IMG/VR virus record: IMGVR_UViG_3300008261_000005
From: a virus
DNA: 64,000 bases
Strand: one strand, 5' to 3'
A program made the translations under genes and the position numbers. Positions 5,611-13,701 of this stretch are shown one piece after another (positions within the stretch are counted from its first letter, which is position 1; the number at the start of each line of letters is the position of its first letter). The notes under the pieces were generated by a model that had not been told where the DNA came from, searched no databases, and saw nothing but the letters and a program-made list of their open reading frames with translations.

Positions 5611-5841
5611 ATGGCTACACGATACTCAAGTCGAGGTCCAGAGATTGACACAGATAAATGTGTTAAACTTACAAATCAAAATAGATTTCAATTAGTTCTA
5701 GTGGCAGCTGCTCGAGCACGTGAAATCAAACGTGAAGCAGTTAAAAATGGCAACTACACAATGTTACCTATCGTGTCAGCACTTCTTGAAATACAAGAAG
5801 GTAAAGTTGATGCAAATGCATATTTAAATAAATTAAGATAA
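5611..5841 (+). CDS. rpoZ: RNA polymerase omega subunit-like protein
   Basis: NRFQLVLVAAARAREI...PIVSALLEIQEGKV matches the omega pattern; strong AGGAG SD. Confidence 0.7.
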   Translation: MATRYSSRGPEIDTDKCVKLTNQNRFQLVLVAAARAREIKREAVKNGNYTMLPIVSALLEIQEGKVDANAYLNKLR

Positions 5842-5847
5842 GAATTT

Positions 5848-5922
5848 GCCTGGTTAGCTCAGGGGTAGAGCAACGCCTTTACACGGCGAAGGTCCGCGGT
5901 TCGAAACCGTGACCAGGTACCA
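5848..5922 (+). tRNA. tRNA-Val (TAC)
   Basis: GCCTGGT/ACCAGGT, loop TTTACAC, CCA. Confidence 0.95.
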
Positions 5923-5927
5923 AATAT

Positions 5928-6004
5928 GTGGGTGTGCCGCTGAATGGTTAGGCCCCGGATTGCAAATCCGTTTTATGCAGGTTCGAGTCCTGTCACCCAC
6001 TCCA
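5928..6004 (+). tRNA. tRNA-Cys (GCA)
   Basis: GTGGGTG/CACCCAC, loop TTGCAAA, T73, CCA. Confidence 0.93.
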
Positions 6005-6035
6005 AAATATATTTTAGCAGTTTAGCCAAAATATA

Positions 6036-6064
6036 ATGACAAACTATTGTAGATCAACTATAAT
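6036..6064 (+). promoter_or_regulatory. sigma70-type promoter of ncRNA array/TROVE-like operon
   Basis: ATGACA-N17-TATAAT. Confidence 0.65.
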
Positions 6065-6098
6065 AGTCGTATAGCAAGTAACAATGCTAAAGAGTTTT

Positions 6099-6266
6099 AG
6101 GATCGGTACAGCAACATTCATATACTATGAACCGTTGGTCACTGTGGTAGTTAACTGGAGCAGAGTGCGTAAAACCACCGAGCATTGAAGGGGAACTATT
6201 GAAACAAACCAACAAGCTCAGAGTGATGGCCTGAGTAAAATAAAAGCAGTCAACAACGATCCTGTT
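6099..6266 (+). ncRNA. ACAGCAA-motif ncRNA Y2
   Basis: AGGATCG-GT-ACAGCAA ... CGATCCT-GTT. Confidence 0.7.
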
Positions 6267-6272
6267 AGTCAT

Positions 6273-6402
6273 AGGATGACTACAGCAATTTAAACTACAT
6301 CTTAATGCTATAGAAGGTGGTCGGAGGACAGGCAGAAATGCTTTCTAGAAATAGACACTGATAGAATAGATAGGTCCAGAGAATCTGCACGATCATCCTG
6401 TT
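6273..6402 (+). ncRNA. ACAGCAA-motif ncRNA Y3
   Basis: AGGATGA-CT-ACAGCAA ... TCATCCT-GTT. Confidence 0.7.
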
Positions 6403-6408
6403 AAATTT

Positions 6409-6463
6409 AGAATGTTAACAGCAACTTTAACTTTTTCGCTATAAAAGAAAAAACACATTCTGT
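6409..6463 (+). ncRNA. ACAGCAA-motif ncRNA Y4 (minimal, abuts RBS)
   Basis: AGAATGT-TA-ACAGCAA ... ACATTCT-GT, inner hairpin CTTTT-TCGCTAT-AAAAG; followed by AAAGGA SD. Confidence 0.65.
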
Positions 6464-6475
6464 AAAGGAAATATC

Positions 6476-7882
6476 ATGAACGCATTTGTAAATGCAGTAG
6501 CAAATCAAGAAGCCCGTACCGCAAACGGTATGAAGGCTCGTAAGTCAACAGCCAAGGCTACAGTTGACTTGTTCTACAAGATCGGCGCAAGCCGTGGTAA
6601 GGACATCACAGGCGACTTCACAGCCGCCTACGTAGAAAACTCTGATGTAGCACTACGCATCGCACAATGGGCACGTGATGTCCGCGGTGGCGCAGGCGAA
6701 CGTCAATTGTTCCGCGATATTCTAGTACATCTAGAAAAGCGTGACCCAGACGCCGCTTTGGCTCTTCTAAAGAAGATTCCAGAAGTTGGTCGTTGGGATG
6801 ACATCTTTGTCTTCTCTAACCCTGACCTGAAGTCAGCCGCTTATACCATGTTGGGTGATGCCCTACGTGCTAAGAACGGTTTGGCTGCAAAGTGGACTCC
6901 TCGTAAGGGTCAAATTGCCGCTGAAGTTCGTGCCTTCTTTGGCATGACTCCAAAGCAATATCGTAAGAGTCTTGTTACTCTTACAAAGGTTGTTGAAACC
7001 CAAATGTGTGCAGGAGATTGGGATAACATCAATTTCAGTCACGTTCCTTCTGTAGCTGCTCGCAACTACAAGAAGGCATTCAACCGTCACACACCAGCAT
7101 TTGCTGAGTATGTGGCCAAGTTGGTAAGTGGTGATAAGACTGTCAAGGTTAACGCCAGCGCAATCTTCCCACATGACGTACTGAAGGGAATCGCTCACAG
7201 CTACAACAAGCTGAACAAGACAGAAATTGACCATGTGATCGCACAATGGGACGCTCTGCCTAACTACGTAGGTGACGCAAGTATCCTGCCTCTAGTTGAC
7301 GTATCTGGTTCGATGACAACATCTGTTCCGGGTTCGACTGTTCGTTGTTTGGATGTTGCGGTTGGCCTAGGCTTGTACTTGGCTGATAAGAACAAGGGTG
7401 TGTTCAAGGACACATTCTTGACTTTCTCCAGCAAGCCACAACTTGTTACTCTAAAGGGTAACATTGTTGACAAGGTAACCCAAATGTCTAAGAGTGATTG
7501 GGAAATGAGCACTAACTTGCATGCCGCTATGGACAAGATCCTAAGCGTTGCAGTTAAGGGTTCAGTACCAGCAAGCGACATGCCAAAGATGTTGCTGATC
7601 TTGTCAGACATGCAGTTTAACCAATGCGCCCGTTTCGACGACAGCGCAATGGAAATGATCGAACGCAAGTTTGAAACTGCTGGCTATGTTGTGCCACAAA
7701 TTGTTTTCTGGAACCTAAACAGTTCAGACAATGTGCCTGTTAAGGCAGACAAGAGTGGTGCCGCATTGGTAAGTGGATTTAGCCCAAGCATCATGACAGC
7801 ACTGCTGTCAGCGGATATGGACCAATTCACTCCAGAAGGTATCATGCTTAAGACTGTAATGGTCCCACGCTACGATATCTAA
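6476..7882 (+). CDS. TROVE/Ro60-like protein with C-terminal vWA domain (DUF2828-type)
   Basis: RDVRGGAGER, GRWDD, AAKWTPR in helical N-terminal part; vWA MIDAS DVSGSM, LILSDMQF, PQIVFWNL. Confidence 0.8.
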   Translation: MNAFVNAVANQEARTANGMKARKSTAKATVDLFYKIGASRGKDITGDFTAAYVENSDVALRIAQWARDVRGGAGERQLFRDILVHLEKRDPDAALALLKKIPEVGRWDDIFVFSNPDLKSAAYTMLGDALRAKNGLAAKWTPRKGQIAAEVRAFFGMTPKQYRKSLVTLTKVVETQMCAGDWDNINFSHVPSVAARNYKKAFNRHTPAFAEYVAKLVSGDKTVKVNASAIFPHDVLKGIAHSYNKLNKTEIDHVIAQWDALPNYVGDASILPLVDVSGSMTTSVPGSTVRCLDVAVGLGLYLADKNKGVFKDTFLTFSSKPQLVTLKGNIVDKVTQMSKSDWEMSTNLHAAMDKILSVAVKGSVPASDMPKMLLILSDMQFNQCARFDDSAMEMIERKFETAGYVVPQIVFWNLNSSDNVPVKADKSGAALVSGFSPSIMTALLSADMDQFTPEGIMLKTVMVPRYDI

Positions 7883-7898
7883 AAAACATTGTTTTTGA

Positions 7899-7924
7899 AT
7901 AGCACCTTCGGGTGCTATTTTTTT
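7899..7924 (+). terminator. Rho-independent terminator
   Basis: ATAGCACC-TTCG-GGTGCTAT followed by T run. Confidence 0.9.
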
Positions 7925-7932
7925 AGGTGTGT

Positions 7933-7988
7933 TGTTGTAAAAATACAACAACCAATTCGTTGACTAAATTTGTTTTTGATTGTATAAT
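7933..7988 (+). promoter_or_regulatory. TGTTG-N8-CAACA palindrome plus sigma70 promoter
   Basis: Palindrome 7933-7950; TTGACT-N17-TATAAT 7960-7988. Confidence 0.65.
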
Positions 7989-7994
7989 AGTGGT

Positions 7995-8240
7995 ATGAAA
8001 AAAATATATAATGTAATATGGAAGGACACAAGCAATGTTGTTTGTGATAAAGAATTTGATGGCTTAACACCAGCGATGAATTGGGCTAAGACATTGGACT
8101 ACTTTGTCACCATTAGAGGTGGTGAATTTGAAGTAGTTGGTAAATTTGGAGTTGACAGCGTAGAGGACGGTAAGTGTCCAGATGGTGTCGCTTATGATTG
8201 GAACAAAGCATCACGTATTGGTGCAACACGGAGAAGATAA
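7995..8240 (+). CDS. Hypothetical protein (leaderless)
   Basis: ATG 6 nt after -10; stop overlaps next ATG. Confidence 0.65.
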   Translation: MKKIYNVIWKDTSNVVCDKEFDGLTPAMNWAKTLDYFVTIRGGEFEVVGKFGVDSVEDGKCPDGVAYDWNKASRIGATRRR

Positions 8241-8707
8241 TGCCATGGATTGAAAATGTAGCCGCAAGTGATATCCCTATTGGATTTCATCACGATGCTG
8301 GCCCAAACAGTATGCTGATTAGCATTGTGGATCCAGCCAGCTGGCGTCCTGAAGCCAAGCATCAGTTCAAAGAGCGTCACAACTTTGAGTTCCTTGATGT
8401 AGAAGAAAACGACCATGTTGATGATGAAGCAATGAAGTGTAGTCATGAGCAGGCCGCAGAGCTTGTTCGCTTGCTACAACACGCATTGGAAAATCGTATG
8501 AATGTTGTTGTTCATTGCTATGCTGGTATTTGTAGATCGGGTGCGGTTTGTGAAGTTGGAGTCATGATGGGATTCAATGACACAGAGAGGTTTCGTAGTC
8601 CAAACTTGCTAGTCAAGCATCGCATGATGAAGGTACTGGGCTGGACGTATGACGCAGATGAAAAACCCAATATTGATGACTGGCGAACGTTTAAACCTGT
8701 TGCATAA
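8240..8707 (+). CDS. Protein-tyrosine-phosphatase-like (CX5R) protein
   Basis: VVHCYAGICRSGAV = HCxxGxxRS; start at coupled ATG 8240. Confidence 0.8.
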   Translation: MPWIENVAASDIPIGFHHDAGPNSMLISIVDPASWRPEAKHQFKERHNFEFLDVEENDHVDDEAMKCSHEQAAELVRLLQHALENRMNVVVHCYAGICRSGAVCEVGVMMGFNDTERFRSPNLLVKHRMMKVLGWTYDADEKPNIDDWRTFKPVA

Positions 8708-8764
8708 AAACAACACTTATCATCGTATTCTCTAGTTGACAAGTCTAGTTTTTGACTGTATAAT
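8698..8764 (+). promoter_or_regulatory. Second TGTTG-N8-CAACA palindrome plus sigma70 promoter
   Basis: Palindrome 8698-8715; TTGACA-N17-TATAAT 8736-8764. Confidence 0.65.
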
Positions 8765-8796
8765 ATACACATACACTAACAAAACAGGAGTAGAAA

Positions 8797-9081
8797 ATGA
8801 AACAAAATCATACCATGTACATCTACAAAGCAGACAAGCGTACCAAAAGTGGTGAACGTCTTGTTTCAACTACAGTTTGGCAACATCGCGATGAAGCAGA
8901 AATGAAGCGCGAAGTGCGTGAATTGCAATACGAACTTTATCCTACAAGATTGGGTTTTCGAATTGAGTTTCATCCAACAACAGTAACAGTTAAAAATTTG
9001 ATGACCGGTAAAGACGTCCAAATTGATCGCGACACTCCTTGGTGTTGCAATCCAGCTTCGGAGTCATACTGGTCCATGTAA
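8797..9081 (+). CDS. Hypothetical protein
   Basis: AGGAG SD, own promoter. Confidence 0.7.
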   Translation: MKQNHTMYIYKADKRTKSGERLVSTTVWQHRDEAEMKREVRELQYELYPTRLGFRIEFHPTTVTVKNLMTGKDVQIDRDTPWCCNPASESYWSM

Positions 9082-9091
9082 AGGAGTCAGT

Positions 9092-9289
9092 ATGATGATT
9101 GTAGCAAAATTTAAAGATAAGATTGTACAGATCGTTCGGGTTACTGAGACTGTACAATTTTCACAAGACAAGGGCTGGATTTTGGTCTGCTTTGATTTCG
9201 ATAAGCCAATGCGTAAACGAGATCACATCAAGTGGGTAAAAGCCAGCGAAACACAATTTGAATGGGTCCGCGAGTTTGCGGGAGAATAA
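9092..9289 (+). CDS. Hypothetical protein
   Basis: AAGGAG SD before ATG 9092. Confidence 0.65.
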   Translation: MMIVAKFKDKIVQIVRVTETVQFSQDKGWILVCFDFDKPMRKRDHIKWVKASETQFEWVREFAGE

Positions 9290-9290
9290 A

Positions 9291-9839
9291 ATGAAAACAT
9301 GGATCACAAGTGACTTGCACTTTGGTCATGCTAACATTATGAAATTTTGCCCTGTAACAAGGGCAAGATTCAACAACGATGTAAAGTACATGACTGAAGG
9401 CATGATTACAGAATGGAATGAAAGAGTAGGCCGTGATGATTTGGTCTACATCTTGGGCGACGTGGCTTTTTGTTCGGCAAGTGATGCGGCAAAGATCATG
9501 CGTCGATTGAATGGTCGTAAGATATTGGTAGAAGGCAACCATGACCGCAAGTTGGTCAAGGATGTGAGTTTTCAAAATGAGTTTGAAGAAATCCACAAGT
9601 ATTTGGATATCAACTATGATGGTCACAAGATCGTCATGTTTCACTATCCAATTAGCGAGTGGGATCAAATGCACAGAGGTAGCTTGCAGTTTCACGGACA
9701 TTTACATGGCAATGCCAGTGGCTTGGAAAAGTATCGAGCCAAGGATGTGGGGTTTGACTCTACAGGCGAAATTGTAATGTCTATGGAACGTGCCATCGGC
9801 AGTATCAAAAACAACGAAGTAAAAGGACATCATGTATGA
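9291..9839 (+). CDS. Calcineurin-like metallophosphoesterase
   Basis: SDLHFGH, LGD, GNHD, HYP, HGHLH motifs. Confidence 0.88.
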   Translation: MKTWITSDLHFGHANIMKFCPVTRARFNNDVKYMTEGMITEWNERVGRDDLVYILGDVAFCSASDAAKIMRRLNGRKILVEGNHDRKLVKDVSFQNEFEEIHKYLDINYDGHKIVMFHYPISEWDQMHRGSLQFHGHLHGNASGLEKYRAKDVGFDSTGEIVMSMERAIGSIKNNEVKGHHV

Positions 9840-10069
9840 GATGCGAGGATGAAAGCCATTTACCAGTAGCAGAACAAAGCCTAGTGTTCCGCTTGTACAA
9901 ACGAGCAGAAATACGTAGGCAGATTCCGGGAAGATTAGCAGTAGTAGAAGGTAAGCCTGATAAGATTGCTAACCTTCTAGAAGAGGCTGCAATGGAAATT
10001 CAAATGCTACAAGCAACTATTGTCGAAATTAGTAAGCATACCAAAGGAAGGGATAATTTTCAACCATGA
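9836..10069 (+). CDS. Hypothetical protein
   Basis: Translationally coupled ORF. Confidence 0.65.
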   Translation: MRCEDESHLPVAEQSLVFRLYKRAEIRRQIPGRLAVVEGKPDKIANLLEEAAMEIQMLQATIVEISKHTKGRDNFQP

Positions 10070-10527
10070 ATAAATGTTATCAATTGATTGGGGTTCCTGG
10101 CTCGGGAAAAAGCACTTGGGTAGATTCTCAAATTTGGACTTTAACTTGTGTTTGTGTAAGCACTGATAAATGGGTAGAAGTTTATGCCAAAGAAGTGGGT
10201 AAAACTTACTCTGAAGTTTTTGCAGATTTCATGCCCACTGCTGTGGATTTGATGGCTAAGGAAGTTGTTGCCGCAAGAGAAGCAGGTCGAGATATTATTT
10301 GGGATCAGACCAGTACCACTCTTGCAAGCCGAGCTCGAAAGTTTAACATGCTGCCAGATTACTATCATATTGCAGTAGTTTTTAAGACGCCTGAGCATAA
10401 AGAACTTATGCGTCGATTGATGAATCGTCCTGGCAAAGAAATTCCAGATCATGTCGTTGCCAGTATGATTGCTGGCTGGGAAGAACCAACTGAAGAAGAA
10501 GGATTCAAAGAAATTTGGTACGTTTAA
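10066..10527 (+). CDS. P-loop kinase (polynucleotide-kinase-like, AAA_33 type)
   Basis: GVPGSGKST Walker A, DQTS, R..R lid. Confidence 0.8.
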   Translation: MNKCYQLIGVPGSGKSTWVDSQIWTLTCVCVSTDKWVEVYAKEVGKTYSEVFADFMPTAVDLMAKEVVAAREAGRDIIWDQTSTTLASRARKFNMLPDYYHIAVVFKTPEHKELMRRLMNRPGKEIPDHVVASMIAGWEEPTEEEGFKEIWYV

Positions 10528-10555
10528 ATTGGTGGCTTGGGTCACCAATTTTTTT
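10527..10555 (+). terminator. Rho-independent terminator
   Basis: AATTGGTGGC-TTGG-GTCACCAATT then T run. Confidence 0.75.
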
Positions 10556-10582
10556 GACTTTTATTTAAATAGAATGTATAAT
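10554..10582 (+). promoter_or_regulatory. sigma70-type promoter for tRNA-like RNA
   Basis: TTGACT-N17-TATAAT, 6 nt before the RNA start. Confidence 0.8.
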
Positions 10583-10588
10583 AGCATT

Positions 10589-10705
10589 GTGGACGTGAGT
10601 GGAATTTGGTATACCTCCTACTTGGGGTCTGTAAAAAGTAACCAGGTAGGGAATGGCTAGTGATATTATCATGCCTTGGAAGTTCGAATCTTCCCGTCCG
10701 CACCA
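10589..10705 (+). tRNA. Aberrant 117-nt Leu-scaffold tRNA-like RNA with expanded anticodon arm
   Basis: GTGGACG/CGTCCGC-A-CCA, Leu-type D-loop GGAATTTGGTATAC, T-arm GGAAG-TTCGAAT-CTTCC; anticodon arm ~33 nt; long V-arm. Confidence 0.7.
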
Positions 10706-10735
10706 TTTTTAACACACAGGCATACAGAGGCTAGA

Positions 10736-11077
10736 ATGAAAAAGTTTGCAATAGTTTTAATGATGTTGACATCCACTGCACAAGCGCAATGGAGTTTTGA
10801 TAACAGTGGTGGACGTATTTTTGACATGAGCAAGAATATCACTAATAAGACCACAGTTGAATTAAAGTTTGTTGATCAAAAAGATATTCAAAAGACTTGC
10901 GACACTTTGAGCCGTAAGTACGGAAACAATGGTTACGGTTATGGAGTGTTGGCATGTACATTTTTCTGGAAAGACAAATGTGTAGTAGTTGTGCCTACAA
11001 AGGTAGATATGCGAACTGTTGGTCATGAAATGATGCACTGTTTCCAAGGCGATTGGCATGCTGGTAAAAACGAATGA
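10736..11077 (+). CDS. Exported protein with HExxH (zinc-peptidase-like) motif
   Basis: Signal peptide MKKFAIVLMMLTSTAQA; GHEMMH near C-terminus. Confidence 0.6.
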   Translation: MKKFAIVLMMLTSTAQAQWSFDNSGGRIFDMSKNITNKTTVELKFVDQKDIQKTCDTLSRKYGNNGYGYGVLACTFFWKDKCVVVVPTKVDMRTVGHEMMHCFQGDWHAGKNE

Positions 11078-11469
11078 AATACGATTTAGTTGAGGATATC
11101 CGAAACAGCCCTGAAATAATGGCAAAGATTCGTGCGGATGACCGACGCTATGCTCAAAACTTGTATGCGGCATGGTGTAACATGCAATGGTGTAAACGTC
11201 ACACTTGGCCTATACTGGCCGAAAATTATTGGACTGCCAGCTGGCGAGCCTCAGGTGGCATTGTAGCAGACCTTAGAAATAAAAGTGAAGACTACATGGA
11301 CTATTATTGTTCAGGTATGCGTGGCGGATTAAGCTATGATGGTAAGGAAGATGACGACTATTTTGAACGAACTGGTTATCAATCTGAAGGTGTAGTTGCA
11401 GAAGAAATTGCCAACGACCTTGACAAGCTGGACTGGTTTCCAGTACCATACAACGATGACTTTGTGTAA
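11074..11469 (+). CDS. Hypothetical protein
   Basis: Coupled ORF. Confidence 0.7.
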   Translation: MKYDLVEDIRNSPEIMAKIRADDRRYAQNLYAAWCNMQWCKRHTWPILAENYWTASWRASGGIVADLRNKSEDYMDYYCSGMRGGLSYDGKEDDDYFERTGYQSEGVVAEEIANDLDKLDWFPVPYNDDFV

Positions 11470-11476
11470 ATACGTT

Positions 11477-11647
11477 ATGACTAAAACAACCTATACTGTT
11501 GAAGAATTGTTTGAAGATATTCCAGATGATCCAGACAATGTAATTTTTAAAATACCAGAAGAAATATGTAAAGCACAAGGCTGGAAAGAAGGCGATACTG
11601 TGAATATTCGAGTAGAAGATGGTGCAATGATCATTAGTAAAGTATGA
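11477..11647 (+). CDS. AbrB/MazE-like small DNA-binding protein
   Basis: FKIPEEICKAQGWKEGDTVNIRVEDGAMIISK swapped-hairpin pattern; TAAATA 4 nt upstream. Confidence 0.65.
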   Translation: MTKTTYTVEELFEDIPDDPDNVIFKIPEEICKAQGWKEGDTVNIRVEDGAMIISKV

Positions 11648-11859
11648 GTAAAGAACTAATTGAACTAACGGGTGAGGTTTTAGAAGTATGTCCCAATAAT
11701 ACTTTTAGAGTAAAAATTGATGATATGGAACACGTAATGCTTTGTTATTTGGGTGGCAGACTCAAGCAACACAAAATTAAAGTTATCTTGGGCGATCGTG
11801 TTCGCGTTGAAACAAGTCCCTATGATTTAAACAAGGGCAGAGTAACTTACAGGCTATGA
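11644..11859 (+). CDS. infA: Translation initiation factor IF-1
   Basis: IELTGEVLEVCPNNTFRVK...GDRVRVETSPYDLNKGRVTYR. Confidence 0.93.
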   Translation: MSKELIELTGEVLEVCPNNTFRVKIDDMEHVMLCYLGGRLKQHKIKVILGDRVRVETSPYDLNKGRVTYRL

Positions 11860-12530
11860 ACATGAACACCATACTGGAGCGAGCAAACTCTGTATGTGTG
11901 GCCGTAAGAAAAGACTGTGACTTTCCCGTTTCATTTAAAGCCTTGATGACCAAAGCACGTCGTCAATTTAAAAAACACGATTTTGACATTGCCCTAAAAA
12001 CTCAACGTAAAAAATTCTTGGGTCCTGAAGAGTTCTACGTTAATGCCTACTATGACGCAGAGGATGATAAAAATCACGAAACTGCCATAGAAGTATTTCT
12101 TTATCACAATTTTGCAAATACAGAAACATGGGATCACAAGCACGTTACTGATATTTTAGTTCAATTATTTGATGCTGTTGTACACGAATACAGACATCGC
12201 CGTCAAAGTGTAAAAAGGCACTATGCTGTTTACAGCAATCACATGCAAGAACCCTACGTGAACTATCTAGCAGATCCAGATGAACTGGATGCATATGCGT
12301 TATCCATCACCATAGAATTATGCAGAACTTTAGGCAAATATCGAGCCCTAAATTATATGCATCGTTTCACAGCACTTAGTCGTTTTAAAATTCAAAATGT
12401 ATACGTAAGTCCAAATCTCAATGCATATGTTAGCCATTTTGGTAATATTGACGACGGACTAATAAAACGCCTTGCCAAAAAGGTTTATATCCGACTTAAA
12501 AAGATTGACACAGACCACGTATTCGTGTAA
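11856..12530 (+). CDS. Hypothetical protein with HExxH motif
   Basis: VVHEYRH...YLADPDELDAYA, zincin-like spacing. Confidence 0.6.
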   Translation: MNMNTILERANSVCVAVRKDCDFPVSFKALMTKARRQFKKHDFDIALKTQRKKFLGPEEFYVNAYYDAEDDKNHETAIEVFLYHNFANTETWDHKHVTDILVQLFDAVVHEYRHRRQSVKRHYAVYSNHMQEPYVNYLADPDELDAYALSITIELCRTLGKYRALNYMHRFTALSRFKIQNVYVSPNLNAYVSHFGNIDDGLIKRLAKKVYIRLKKIDTDHVFV

Positions 12531-12533
12531 AAT
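12505..12533 (+). promoter_or_regulatory. sigma70-type promoter
   Basis: TTGACA-N17-TAAAAT. Confidence 0.6.
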
Positions 12534-12560
12534 ACAAGTATTAAATTATTTCACGGAGCG

Positions 12561-13274
12561 GTGATGGTCAAGATAAAAGAGTTCCCACTTCAAACAGTTT
12601 TAGAACTAGCTTGTGCCGCACAGCGAGTTAACAAAACTTACCAAAAAGATCTAGAGGCAGTACACGCTGACGGAGACATTTTTGACGGTAAAGTAATGTA
12701 TTACAAATATCCAAATCGTCAGCTAATGTTGTTCACGTTAGGCGAAGATCACACTCAGTATAACGAAAGTTACCCTAAACCCCAATTACTTTGCACCAAT
12801 TTAGATGATCGTGAATTGGCTAACGATATCCAAAAATATTATCGTCGATTACTGTTTGCGGCTATCCAAGGCGACAACGAATTCCAAACTGAAGTAAATG
12901 CATTGTTGAGCAAGTCAGAAACTCCAACCAATAAATTTGGATTTATTGCTTGCCTCCCCAGTGTTTACAAACGAGACTATGCACGTCATCAAACTGAAAA
13001 ACGTGTCAAAACTTTGGATGACGGATATGTGGGTTTGATTGGTGAACAAATTCTAGATAAGGATTGTGAAATTATTAACTCACAACGTTCAAAAAACTTT
13101 GACGCTTGGAACATTGATGCTATAATAGACAATAAGATGGTGTCTTGGTTTAGTCAAGCAGATCTAAAGTTGGGACCTTGTGTTATAATTAAAGGCAAGG
13201 TAAAAGACCATAGCAAGCATTGGAAACATTCGAATGCAGTAACTAGACTTAACTACGTAAAGGCGGCACAATAA
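12561..13274 (+). CDS. Hypothetical protein, possible C-terminal OB-like fold
   Basis: GTG start with GGAG SD; IKGKVKDH...VTRLNYVK end. Confidence 0.7.
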   Translation: MMVKIKEFPLQTVLELACAAQRVNKTYQKDLEAVHADGDIFDGKVMYYKYPNRQLMLFTLGEDHTQYNESYPKPQLLCTNLDDRELANDIQKYYRRLLFAAIQGDNEFQTEVNALLSKSETPTNKFGFIACLPSVYKRDYARHQTEKRVKTLDDGYVGLIGEQILDKDCEIINSQRSKNFDAWNIDAIIDNKMVSWFSQADLKLGPCVIIKGKVKDHSKHWKHSNAVTRLNYVKAAQ

Positions 13275-13445
13275 ATGGCGGGCAAAGCAAAATCAGTTTA
13301 TCTCACAGTAACTACCTTGGATCACAAAACGGTTTTCCATCGTATGTTTTTTGATGCAAAACACTATAACGATTACGTTAAGACTGAAGAATTCAAAGCC
13401 AAATGGCCCACAACTGAATACAAGATTGTAAAAGAGACTTATTAA
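13275..13445 (+). CDS. Hypothetical protein, 56 aa (not in track)
   Basis: MAGKAKSVYLTV...; fills gap exactly between neighbours. Confidence 0.65.
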   Translation: MAGKAKSVYLTVTTLDHKTVFHRMFFDAKHYNDYVKTEEFKAKWPTTEYKIVKETY

Positions 13446-13446
13446 A

Positions 13447-13701
13447 ATGAGTAAAGAAAAACACAAAAAGTATCAATGGATCGATGGTGAAACTGCGGAT
13501 CGTATCACCAGCCTTAACCTAAAAGATTATCGTGCATATTTGAAGAAAGAGCTACGTGAATGGAAGAAGAATCCAAAGAGCGATAGTAACCCTGCGGGTT
13601 ATTGGCTACATCCAGAAGACGTGGGCCTTAACATGCAGACCATTGCGGCACTGGATTTGATTATCAGTCACTTTCCAGAAACATCGGATGAGATAAAATG
13701 A
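13447..13701 (+). CDS. Hypothetical protein
   Basis: Coupled ORF. Confidence 0.7.
   Translation: MSKEKHKKYQWIDGETADRITSLNLKDYRAYLKKELREWKKNPKSDSNPAGYWLHPEDVGLNMQTIAALDLIISHFPETSDEIK

Noticed and set aside
6099-6463. CRISPR or mini-CRISPR array
   Set aside because: Units are not identical direct repeats; conserved parts are paired 5' and 3' arms that covary, interiors range 30-140 nt, and no cas gene is present
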